From assembly GCA_937960415.1 (NCBI GenBank), contig CALGPK010000009.1, forward strand, positions 16,405 through 80,404: a DNA stretch of 64,000 nt, read 5' to 3'. The position numbers were made by a program, and so were the translations under genes. Numbering within the stretch: position 1 is the first letter of the stretch; each line of letters starts with the position of its first letter. This document shows, in pieces, positions 1-8,283 of the stretch. The DNA comes from an uncultured Bacteroidales bacterium (GTDB lineage: Bacteria > Bacteroidota > Bacteroidia > Bacteroidales > GWA2-32-17). Under the pieces are notes generated by a model, which was not told where the DNA came from, ran no database searches, and saw only the letters and a list, made by a program, of their open reading frames with translations.

Positions 1-362
1 CCTTTGTCGTCGTCGGCACCTCGAGCATATATTTTGCCGTCGATGATAGTTGGTTCAAATGGTGGGGTTTTCCACAATTCGAAGGGTTCGGCAGGCATTA
101 CATCGTAATGTGCATAAACCAAGACAGTTGGATAGGTTGGATTAAGTATTTTTTCGGCATATACAATAGGATTACCTTTTGTTTGGTAAATTTCAGCTTT
201 ATCGACACCTGCCATTAATAAGGTTTCTCTCCAGTATTCGGCAGCTTTTTGCATATCTTCTTTGTGTTCGGGTTTTGCGCTTACAGAAGGAATACGCAGC
301 AAACCAAGTAATCGGTTCAAAATGTTTGTTTCTTGTTCTTTTAAGAAAATTTCAATGCTCAT
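1..362 (-). CDS. M20-family metallopeptidase/dipeptidase (ArgE/DapE/PepV-like), N-terminal part; gene runs off the left edge
   Basis: Minus-strand frame is open from ATG at 360-362 to the window edge. My translation is [44 protein letters not shown]...[41 protein letters not shown]. It carries the H-x-D and (G)RGxxDDKG motifs typical of M20 enzymes. It is absent from the ORF track because it is truncated. Confidence 0.8.
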   Translation of the reverse strand, partial: [120 protein letters not shown]

Positions 363-365
363 AGT

Positions 366-965
366 TTATATCTTTAATTGTTTATTTAAATAATCAATAG
401 CTTCTTCGCAGGAGGTGCAGGTGTGGAATAAGTTACGATGTTCTTCTAAAATAAATTTCTTTTGAATCGCTGTGTTAATAAAATCGATGAGAATATCGTA
501 ATAGCCATTAATATTTAGCAGAACGAGGGGTTTATGGGTATAATTTAGCTGAATGAGTGTAATAGTTTCGAAAAATTCTTCGAGTGTTCCATAGCCACCG
601 GGTAAAACAATAAAACCGTGGCTACGTTTTCGTATTTCGTTTTTGCGGTCGGACATGTCTTTGGTGATGATTATTTCGTCGTCGGTCTCGGACGCTATGC
701 CTTGTAAGTTGAGGCTTTCGGGCAAAATGCCGGTTACTTTGCCGCCATGTTTTTGAACCGATTGGGCTAAAATTCCCATAAGCCCAACCTTGCCACCACC
801 GTGAATGAGGTCGTATTGATTGTTAGCGAGCAATTTGCCCAGTAAAGCAGTTTGTATTTTATAAGTCTCTTCGATGAATTCAGAAGATGAGCAAAAAACC
901 CCAATGGTGAGTTTTGTGTTATTTACCCCGTAAAATTTAGGTATGTCAAAATCAAAAGGTTTCAT
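366..965 (-). CDS. LOG / TIGR00730-family Rossmann-fold nucleotide-binding protein (cytokinin riboside 5'-monophosphate phosphoribohydrolase-like)
   Basis: 199 aa with GGGKVGLMG and PGGYGTLEE(F) motifs characteristic of the LOG family. 4-nt overlap with tadA upstream. Confidence 0.85.
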   Translation of the reverse strand: MKPFDFDIPKFYGVNNTKLTIGVFCSSSEFIEETYKIQTALLGKLLANNQYDLIHGGGKVGLMGILAQSVQKHGGKVTGILPESLNLQGIASETDDEIIITKDMSDRKNEIRKRSHGFIVLPGGYGTLEEFFETITLIQLNYTHKPLVLLNINGYYDILIDFINTAIQKKFILEEHRNLFHTCTSCEEAIDYLNKQLKI

Positions 966-1405
966 TTTTTTCGTTTTTGTTTAAAAAATTGGGTTATTAT
1001 TTGCGAACATTCATCGTGTAAGATCCCATGTGTGATATGTGTTTTAGGATGAAACAAATGATAGCCTTTTGAAAGGGCTCCCATTTTTATATCAGACGCT
1101 CCAAACACAACTTTATCGATTTGTGCCCAGTAAAGGGCTGTAGCACACATTGGGCAGGGCTCTATGGTAACGTATATATGGCATCCTTTTAGATATTTTC
1201 CACCAAGCGCATTGGCAGCAGCTGTTATTGCTTGCATTTCGGCATGAGCTGTAACGTCGTTGAGTGTTTCAGTTAAGTTATGTGCTCGAGCTATTATTTT
1301 TCCTTCATAAGTAATAACGGCACCTATTGGTACTTCGTCTTTTTCGAGAGCTTTGTAGGCTTCTTTCAGTGCCTCCTTCATATAATATTCGTCGGTTAGC
1401 ATCAA
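962..1405 (-). CDS. tadA: tRNA-specific adenosine deaminase
   Basis: 147 aa. CMP/dCMP-type zinc deaminase signature HAEMQAI ... PCPMCATAL. Size and N-terminus (YMKEALKEA) are typical of TadA. Confidence 0.9.
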   Translation of the reverse strand: MMLTDEYYMKEALKEAYKALEKDEVPIGAVITYEGKIIARAHNLTETLNDVTAHAEMQAITAAANALGGKYLKGCHIYVTIEPCPMCATALYWAQIDKVVFGASDIKMGALSKGYHLFHPKTHITHGILHDECSQIITQFFKQKRKK

Positions 1406-1412
1406 CTGTGCA

Positions 1413-2372
1413 TTATAACATAATTAGTATCGATACAAAGTTAAGCAAAAGTATACCAATAAAAAATAATTTAGAATACATGGAGTTCTGAAACGAGACA
1501 ATTAAAATAGATACCAATATACTCAGAAAAATATTAATGGTAAAAAAGATGAATTGATTGTCAAGTATTATGAACATTATCCATAAATAGATCAAGCAAA
1601 AGATAATCCAGAGGTAATATTTACGTTCTTTAATTTTTTTAAGAGAATTCCGATAGTTGATCAATCGGTAAGTACTAAAAGCAAATATAAACAAGCTGCT
1701 GAATAATGGTAATAATGGAAGGTTGAAATCTTTAAGGTCTAATGTATGAATAAATGAAGTAAATAGGCTGCTGTTTTGATGGATGTTGCTTATGTACCAT
1801 GTAGCATCTGCTAAAACAATAGGGACAGCTGTACCAATTAAAGGGAGTATATATTCTTTAATATTGAACTGGCGAAAATTTAACAGCCATAAGTATAATA
1901 AAGGGGCAATTAGTATTGCATCTGAGTTAATTATTAATAAAACGCCTAAAATAAAGCCAAACAAAAAAAGTGTATTTTGTACATGTTTTTTTTCATAAGC
2001 CTCGAACAATAAATTTATAAGCACTAAAATAAATGGTAAGACAATTACATTTGTTGGATTTACAAAGTAAACCGGATAAATATGAACCAAAATGAGCCAA
2101 ATTATAGAGGGTAGAAAGATACTGAAATGATTGCTGTACAACTTACTTACGTTTGAAATTTGAAATGCAACCAAAAGTGCAATGGACTGATAAATAATAA
2201 AAGACAGCCATGGTGAAATGTTTAAAAACAAACGAAGCATGGGTAAAACAAGCGATATGTTTGTGTGATAGTAATTAGCCATAAAAAGCTGATGTATGTT
2301 TCCAAACACAGCTAATAATAGTACGAAAAGAATGTTTAAGCTTTTGCTTTCGTAAATAAGTTTTGCAATCAT
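1413..2372 (-). CDS. Polytopic integral membrane protein, unknown function
   Basis: 319 aa, almost entirely hydrophobic helices (roughly 9-10 predicted by eye). No recognisable catalytic motif. Packed between purD and tadA. Confidence 0.7.
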   Translation of the reverse strand: MIAKLIYESKSLNILFVLLLAVFGNIHQLFMANYYHTNISLVLPMLRLFLNISPWLSFIIYQSIALLVAFQISNVSKLYSNHFSIFLPSIIWLILVHIYPVYFVNPTNVIVLPFILVLINLLFEAYEKKHVQNTLFLFGFILGVLLIINSDAILIAPLLYLWLLNFRQFNIKEYILPLIGTAVPIVLADATWYISNIHQNSSLFTSFIHTLDLKDFNLPLLPLFSSLFIFAFSTYRLINYRNSLKKIKERKYYLWIIFCLIYLWIMFIILDNQFIFFTINIFLSILVSILIVSFQNSMYSKLFFIGILLLNFVSILIML

Positions 2373-2374
2373 GT

Positions 2375-3664
2375 TTAGAATTCAAATCCGATATCGCTCC
2401 GATAGTACATATTTTCGAATGAAATTTTTTGAATATCATCGTAAACTCGTTTTTTAGCTTCTTTGAGTGTTGATCCCAGAGCATTCACAACAAGAACACG
2501 TCCGCCATTGGTTACGATTTGATTGTCTTTTATGGAGGTGCCAGCATGAAATACTAACGATGATATATCATTTAATCCGTTTATAGTTTTTCCTTTTTCA
2601 TATTCTAACGGATAACCTTTAGATGCAGCGACAACACAAATAGAATGGTCGGGTATTATATCTAATTTACATTTATGAATGTTACCATTAAACAAATTTT
2701 CGAACAATTCGAGCAAATCGGTTTTCATTCGTGGTAAGATGACTTCGGTTTCGGGATCGCCTAAGCGAACGTTATATTCAATAACGTAGGGCTCGTTATT
2801 GCTGATTAGTAGGCCTATGAAAATAAATCCTTTATAATTTATTTTTTCGTGCAACAAGCCATACACTGTTCGATGAACAATGTGGTTGTAAATTTTTTTT
2901 CGAAGTTCATTGTTAATAAAAGGTACGGGAGAGATAGCGCCCATACCGCCAGTATTTAAACCTGTATCTCCTTCGCCAATGCGTTTGTAATCTTTTGCTT
3001 CTGGTAATATCACATATTTTTCGCCATCGGTAAGGATAAAATACGAGCATTCGAGCCCTTTCAAAAATTGTTCTAAAACGACGGTTTCGCTGGCTTTACC
3101 AAATTTACCATGGAGCATATATTCCAGTTCTTTACATGCTTCGTGATAATCGTGAATAATCAGTACGCCTTTGCCAGCTGCTAATCCATCGGCTTTAAGC
3201 ACATAAGGAGGTTGAAAGGTTTTCAAAAATTCTTTTCCTTCCTTGAGCGTTTCTTTAGTAACGATGTGATATTTGGCAGTAGGAATGTTGTATTTGAGCA
3301 TAAATTGTTTAGCCCACGACTTGCTCCCTTCGAGTTTTGCTCCTTCAGATGTGGGAGCTATAATCAAACAATCTTTTGTTTCGGGTTGATGTGTTAAATA
3401 GTCTGTAATACCTTTAACAATTGGCTCTTCAGGACCAACAACAAGCATTTTGATTTGGTGTTGAACAATTGTATTTTTTACAGCTTCAAAATCGAGTGGA
3501 TTGATACTTATATTTGTTGCTATATTGGCTGTGCCGGCATTTCCCGGAGCTACATACAAGCGATTTAGTCGATTACTTTGTAGAATTTTCCACGCAAGAG
3601 CATGTTCTCTTGCACCTGAACCAATAATAAGCACATTATATGGACATAACGGTAACGGGTTCAT
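2375..3664 (-). CDS. purD: Phosphoribosylamine--glycine ligase (GAR synthetase)
   Basis: NVLIIGSGAREHALAWK N-terminus and ATP-grasp body with full-length collinearity to PurD. I chose the ATG at 3664 (MNPLPL...) over the ORF-track start at 3685, which would overlap the upstream gene by 11 nt. Confidence 0.92.
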   Translation of the reverse strand: MNPLPLCPYNVLIIGSGAREHALAWKILQSNRLNRLYVAPGNAGTANIATNISINPLDFEAVKNTIVQHQIKMLVVGPEEPIVKGITDYLTHQPETKDCLIIAPTSEGAKLEGSKSWAKQFMLKYNIPTAKYHIVTKETLKEGKEFLKTFQPPYVLKADGLAAGKGVLIIHDYHEACKELEYMLHGKFGKASETVVLEQFLKGLECSYFILTDGEKYVILPEAKDYKRIGEGDTGLNTGGMGAISPVPFINNELRKKIYNHIVHRTVYGLLHEKINYKGFIFIGLLISNNEPYVIEYNVRLGDPETEVILPRMKTDLLELFENLFNGNIHKCKLDIIPDHSICVVAASKGYPLEYEKGKTINGLNDISSLVFHAGTSIKDNQIVTNGGRVLVVNALGSTLKEAKKRVYDDIQKISFENMYYRSDIGFEF

Positions 3665-3674
3665 ATACTTTAAT

Positions 3675-4787
3675 TTATTTTGCAAAGTAAACGATAATTC
3701 CTATGATAGCAATAGTCAATAAAATTGCCAGCATAATCTTAATCCAACTGTATGGACGTTCGCCCTGAACTTTGCCGGTTTGTCCATTAACCAAGAATCG
3801 ATAAACTTTTTTCTTGTAACGATAAGCGCTAATCCATATTGGTAATAATATATGTTTAAACGTAATGTTATTGTATTGTACATTCATACTGGTTATTTGT
3901 TGATGGTCGCCACCTATGTCTTGTCGTATGGCTTGTCTTATTATGTTGTTCATTTTTTCTTTGCCAATTTCAAAACCTTCTTTAACATCAATCTGATAAG
4001 TTTCGGTGCGAAAACCGCTGAGAAATTTTTCATCAAAAGGCAATAGCTCATGCAAATTCCATGGTTCGAGCTTGTTGGTATATTTCAGAGGCAGCGATTT
4101 GCTGGCAATTACAAGCACATCGTCGAAGTTAACATAAACCGTACCACTTACTGGTGTCCAGCGAGTACGAACAACCGTTCGGGTTTTTGTTACTGTTTTT
4201 CCATTTTGCACGGTAGTATAGGTTTCGGTTGTTGTATAATCGTCGCCTCGCATACCATGATATCGTGTAATGGTTTGGCTATCGTACGTCCAGTAAGGAA
4301 TATACATGCCTTTAAGTTGCTTTTGTTGGGTAGCGTATTTTTTTAAGTCGTTGGGAGCAAACCAAAGTTTGCTCAACCATTTTTGAAAGTGTTCGAATGC
4401 TTTTTTGGCGTCTATTTTAAACGGAAGTATCGACCATGGCTTAATGACGTTTTGTATCTCAGTATTTTTTACAATTAATACGCTACCGCAAAATGGACAT
4501 AATTCCGAAACTACATTGTTTTCGAGAGTTGTTTGAGCTCCACAGGCATTGCATCGGACGGTGGAAATTTGATGCTTGGGAAGTGTGTCGCGGTGTTTAT
4601 GGATAAACTGCACATAATCCATTTCTTCGATGATGGTAGGCTCGATATGAATTTCATTTTCGGTACCGCAGTATTCGCATTTGAGTTTTGTTGTACCTGG
4701 AGCATAAACTAATTTGGCACCGCATTGTTTACATGTTACTTCGATCTGATTGGTTTTTAATAATTCCTCGTTAAAGCTTGTTTCCAT
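3675..4787 (-). CDS. Double zinc-ribbon, C-terminally membrane-anchored protein (paralogue B; YdjG-like architecture)
   Basis: 370 aa. CxxC pairs at C19/C22+C37/C40 and C79/C82+C97/C100. Central domain carries PFKI, YIPYW and LLPIWISAYRYKKKVYRFLVNGQTGKVQGERP motifs. One TM helix at the extreme C-terminus (IKIMLAILLTIAIIGIIVYFAK). Overlaps the upstream paralogue by 17 nt. Confidence 0.8.
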   Translation of the reverse strand: METSFNEELLKTNQIEVTCKQCGAKLVYAPGTTKLKCEYCGTENEIHIEPTIIEEMDYVQFIHKHRDTLPKHQISTVRCNACGAQTTLENNVVSELCPFCGSVLIVKNTEIQNVIKPWSILPFKIDAKKAFEHFQKWLSKLWFAPNDLKKYATQQKQLKGMYIPYWTYDSQTITRYHGMRGDDYTTTETYTTVQNGKTVTKTRTVVRTRWTPVSGTVYVNFDDVLVIASKSLPLKYTNKLEPWNLHELLPFDEKFLSGFRTETYQIDVKEGFEIGKEKMNNIIRQAIRQDIGGDHQQITSMNVQYNNITFKHILLPIWISAYRYKKKVYRFLVNGQTGKVQGERPYSWIKIMLAILLTIAIIGIIVYFAK

Positions 4788-5919
4788 GTTCTGATTTATC
4801 TTTTTTATCTTTTAAATATAATGCTATGCCTATGATAGCAGCGTGAATTGCCCAAAGAAAATAATTCTCTAAAGAAATTATAAAACCTATATAAATAATA
4901 AAGCAAAAAACTAATAGCCATAAGAAAAATACTTTAACTTTACTTATAGGTCGATTTCCAACAACCTCCCCCGTTTGTCCGTTAATTAGGATTTGATAAA
5001 CACGATTTTTGTAACGATACGAAGCAATCCATACAGGCAACAATACGAGTTGATAGAAAAGTTCTTTATGTTGGTAAGAAAGTTTATTTATGTAAGCAAC
5101 GTCACATCCCGATTTTTCTAATTTTTTGATAACTTTTTGTTCGAGTTCGTATCTTATTTTTTTTTCTTGTTTATTTAATGTTTGTTGAATAGTTAATGTT
5201 GGAAGTTCGCACGAGAAACCATAAGTAAAATATTCATTTAATGGTACTATATCGCTAAATATCCAGCGATTATTAAAAGGTTCAGCAATAATATCATCAA
5301 ATTTGGGTAAGGTTTTGTCTTCGAAATATTCCGGTACAGATGTTGTCCCTAACAATGCAAGATTGTTGAGCGTTGTTGTTATTTTGCCTTCCTCATTGTG
5401 CCATTTTGTTTTTTTAGACATAAGTGTATTTATACCACATTGAGCTTTATAACTTATATCGGTTTTGGAATGAATTATCCAATATGGGATGTAAGTGCCT
5501 TTAAAAAAGGTTATTTGTTGTATTTGTTTTTTAAAAGAGTTTGGAGTTAAAAACAGGCTCTTTTTCCATTTTTTAATTTTATTATAAAGTTGGTTTTTGC
5601 TAATTTTAAATGGAATAATACCGTCTATAGGTTGCTCTAACTTGTTAAAATAATTTTTATCAAAGAAAGTATTTCCGCAATAAGGGCATTGACTGGCTAA
5701 AAAGATGGATGCTAAAATTTCGGCACCACACGAATCACATTTAATAATCTTGTATTGAACATTGGTAGATTGAGTGAGTTCTTGTAAAGAATGTTTGGTG
5801 GTGCTATTATTAGCTTCAAAATCAAAAAGCTCTTCGTAGGAACAATGATCACATTTTACAACAAACGAATTCGGAATATATAACATTCTGCCGCCACATT
5901 GTTTGCATTTTTCAGCCAT
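4771..5919 (-). CDS. Double zinc-ribbon, C-terminally membrane-anchored protein (paralogue A; YdjG-like architecture)
   Basis: 382 aa. CxxC pairs at C5/C8+C23/C26 and C61/C64+C78/C81. Shares the PFKI, YIPYW and LLPVWIASYRYKNRVYQILINGQTGEVVGNRP motifs with 3675..4787. Two C-terminal hydrophobic helices. Confidence 0.8.
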   Translation of the reverse strand: MAEKCKQCGGRMLYIPNSFVVKCDHCSYEELFDFEANNSTTKHSLQELTQSTNVQYKIIKCDSCGAEILASIFLASQCPYCGNTFFDKNYFNKLEQPIDGIIPFKISKNQLYNKIKKWKKSLFLTPNSFKKQIQQITFFKGTYIPYWIIHSKTDISYKAQCGINTLMSKKTKWHNEEGKITTTLNNLALLGTTSVPEYFEDKTLPKFDDIIAEPFNNRWIFSDIVPLNEYFTYGFSCELPTLTIQQTLNKQEKKIRYELEQKVIKKLEKSGCDVAYINKLSYQHKELFYQLVLLPVWIASYRYKNRVYQILINGQTGEVVGNRPISKVKVFFLWLLVFCFIIYIGFIISLENYFLWAIHAAIIGIALYLKDKKDKSEHGNKL

Positions 5920-5945
5920 AAATTAAGTTTACATGTTTTACAGCA

Positions 5946-7055
5946 TTAACTTTGTGGTGGTATGGGAGGAGGTACAGCTCCAAAAAGTGGCTGAAGTTCG
6001 GCAATGTTTCCGGCTATATCCCAGTTTGCCATACCCTGACGCCAAACAAGGGTTTGTTTGGAAATTTGGTTTTGACTAATAAGCTGTTGAAGTGTGTTTA
6101 AATCATAAGGTCCGGCTTGCTGTCCATTAATTACAACATAAAACTGTGGTAGTGGTGGGATGGGAGGAGGTGTAGGCGTTAGTTGATTTTGTTGTTGTTG
6201 CTGATTCATGGCATTCATCATTTGGTTAGCCATAGCAAATCCCATGCCCATCCCCAATCCTGCACCGGCTGTTCCAGAGGGATTGTTGGCAGCAGCAGTC
6301 ATCGATTCGGCAGCCTGAAATTGAGTGTATTTGCTCAAATCGCCAATGATACCCATGCTTGTGCGTTTGTCGAGTGCTTCTTCTACGTTAGGTGGTAGCG
6401 ATATGTTGGCAACTAAAAATTTAGTTAACTCGATGCCATATTCATTAAATTCCGGTTTAATTTTGTTTTCTAGAAATTTCGACAGTTCATCGTAATTTGA
6501 GGCCATATCGAGCACGGGAATTTTGGCTTCGCCAATAGCATCAGTAAATCGAGTAACTACAATATTTTTTAACTGGTCTGTAATTTTATCGGTTGTGAAA
6601 TTGCCATCGGTTCCTACGATTTCTTTAATAAATTTAGCAGGGTCGCTAACTTTCATAGCATAATTGCCAAATGCTCTGATGCGAATAGGGCCAAATTCAG
6701 GGTCGCGGAGCATTATCGGATTAGGAGTACCCCACTTGAGGTCGGTGAAGTTTTTTGTATTGACAAAATATACTTCGGCTTTAAATGGACTATTAAAACC
6801 ATATTTCCAACCTTTTAGAGTAGCCAAAATGGGGAGGTTTTCGGTAGTGAGTGTGTACATACCGGGTTGAAAGATGTCGGCTATTTGTCCCTCGTTAATA
6901 AAAACGGCAACTTGCGATTCGCGTACGGTAAGTTTTGCACCGTTTTTTATTTCGTTCTGATAGCGTTCAAAACGATAAACCATGGTATCATTAGTGGGGT
7001 CAAGCCATTCAATGATATCAATAAATTCGCCTTTAAGTTTGTCGAAAAGTCCCAT
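5946..7055 (-). CDS. SPFH/Band-7 domain protein (YdjI/COG4260-like, no TM segment) with C-terminal GYF_2 domain
   Basis: 369 aa. The N-terminus MGLFDKLKGEFIDIIEW and the body match the soluble 'virion core protein-like' SPFH family. A Q/G/M-rich linker follows. The GYF_2-like segment FYVVINGQQAGPYDLNTLQQLISQNQISKQTLVWRQGMANWDIAGNIAELQPLF is flanked by PPPIPP motifs. Confidence 0.85.
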   Translation of the reverse strand: MGLFDKLKGEFIDIIEWLDPTNDTMVYRFERYQNEIKNGAKLTVRESQVAVFINEGQIADIFQPGMYTLTTENLPILATLKGWKYGFNSPFKAEVYFVNTKNFTDLKWGTPNPIMLRDPEFGPIRIRAFGNYAMKVSDPAKFIKEIVGTDGNFTTDKITDQLKNIVVTRFTDAIGEAKIPVLDMASNYDELSKFLENKIKPEFNEYGIELTKFLVANISLPPNVEEALDKRTSMGIIGDLSKYTQFQAAESMTAAANNPSGTAGAGLGMGMGFAMANQMMNAMNQQQQQNQLTPTPPPIPPLPQFYVVINGQQAGPYDLNTLQQLISQNQISKQTLVWRQGMANWDIAGNIAELQPLFGAVPPPIPPQS

Positions 7056-7073
7056 ATATCGATTTTTTTAAGG

Positions 7074-8222
7074 TTATTCAATTCGATCTATAAATAAAAT
7101 TCCATTTAGATGATCTATTTCGTGTTGAAAAATAACCGAAGTAAAATTAGATACAGTTGTTCCTTGAACTACTTCTGTTTTATGAGTACCATCAAGCAGG
7201 TCGTATTCTATTCCAATAGCGGAGTAACGTCGTGTTCTACCCGTAATGCCGGGAACGGATAAACATCCGTCGCCGTTGAATAGAACTGTGTTTTGAGAGG
7301 TCATTACGATTTTGGGGTTAAGATAAACTTCGAAAGGCTGTCCGGGTCGATCGAGGCGTTTTACCCATATCACATTTCGATTAATACCTACCTGTGGAGC
7401 GGCTATTCCCACACCGCTGGTCTGGTCGAGAGCTTTTTTCATGCGTTTGATGAGAGTTTTTAGTACTATATCGTTGCTATCTGGTCTAACATCGATGCTT
7501 TGTTTGCGAAGTATTAAAGAATCTTGATAATTGGTGGTTAGTAATATTCTCATTGCTACATCATCGGGTTTTGCCATTATAGTGTCAATTTCCAGACCGG
7601 TAAATGCTAATGGATCTTGAGTTAAAGGAAGTATTCCACCGCCAAGATGTGTAATTGCATGTTGAACAAAAGCTGCTGTTTCTGTTTCAATCATCTCAAC
7701 CTGTTTTTTCCCATCTAATGTATAATATTCAACAAAAATTAAATTGTAACGGTCTATTGAAGCAGGATATTGGTTAGGAAGGGTTGCACAGGTTTCCTGG
7801 TATGTTGTAGTAGCGTTGGAATGTTGTGTTATCTTTGGATTTACGAATACTTCGTATGGTTCACCTTGCTTATCTTTTCTTTTGATGATAATCAAGTTTC
7901 GATTAATGCCAATTTCGGGGGCGGCTATGCTGGTTAAACTATGTGTTTTGATAGTTTTTAGCATGCGAAGATATAAATAAGTGGTAGTATCATTAGGCAC
8001 TTTTACGTTTCTCGATTGTTTTTGAAGTATAGCCAAATCAGCAGGGTTTGTTGCATTAAGGAATACAAATGGTTGAGTGGTGTCGGAAGCATAGATAATA
8101 CTTTTTTCTGCTACTGTGTAAAAAAGAGTGTCTTTAACGATAGGGAGTTCGTTTTCTTTTTTACAATGATAAAATGTAAATGCAAAGAATAATAATAAAA
8201 ACAAAATACTTCCGTATTTCAT
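7074..8222 (-). CDS. Tandem peptide-deformylase-domain protein with N-terminal signal/lipoprotein-like sequence (degenerate domain + intact domain)
   Basis: C-terminal domain has all three PDF motifs: GVGIAAPQVG, DGCLSVPG, QHEIDHLNG. N-terminal domain is a clear duplicate (IGINRNLIIIKRKDKQGEPYEVFVNPKI vs VGINRNVIWVKRLDRPGQPFEVYLNPKI) but its motifs are degenerate: SIAAPEIG, ETCATLP, QHAITHLGG. Hydrophobic N-terminus MKYGSILFLLLFFAFTFYHCKK. The ORF-track start at 8228 is TTG, so I used the ATG at 8222. Confidence 0.8.
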   Translation of the reverse strand: MKYGSILFLLLFFAFTFYHCKKENELPIVKDTLFYTVAEKSIIYASDTTQPFVFLNATNPADLAILQKQSRNVKVPNDTTTYLYLRMLKTIKTHSLTSIAAPEIGINRNLIIIKRKDKQGEPYEVFVNPKITQHSNATTTYQETCATLPNQYPASIDRYNLIFVEYYTLDGKKQVEMIETETAAFVQHAITHLGGGILPLTQDPLAFTGLEIDTIMAKPDDVAMRILLTTNYQDSLILRKQSIDVRPDSNDIVLKTLIKRMKKALDQTSGVGIAAPQVGINRNVIWVKRLDRPGQPFEVYLNPKIVMTSQNTVLFNGDGCLSVPGITGRTRRYSAIGIEYDLLDGTHKTEVVQGTTVSNFTSVIFQHEIDHLNGILFIDRIE

Positions 8223-8251
8223 AATCAAAATGATTTAGGGTTTATAATGTT

Positions 8252-8259
8252 CAAATATA
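8252..8259 (-). promoter_or_regulatory. Candidate Bacteroidota -7 promoter box (TAtaTTTG) for the tandem-PDF gene
   Basis: Plus strand reads CAAATATA. It lies 29 nt upstream of the ATG at 8222, in the 55-nt gap after frr. Confidence 0.45.
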
Positions 8260-8283
8260 AAGCTTTTTTTTAAGACAAAGAAA

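Noticed and set aside
962-1405. Two CDA-fold deaminases in the window (962..1405 and 28485..28958), considered as possible toxin or defence deaminases
   Set aside because: Both are small single-domain proteins with TadA-like and GuaD-like hallmarks respectively. Neither has a toxin-delivery, immunity or sensor partner.
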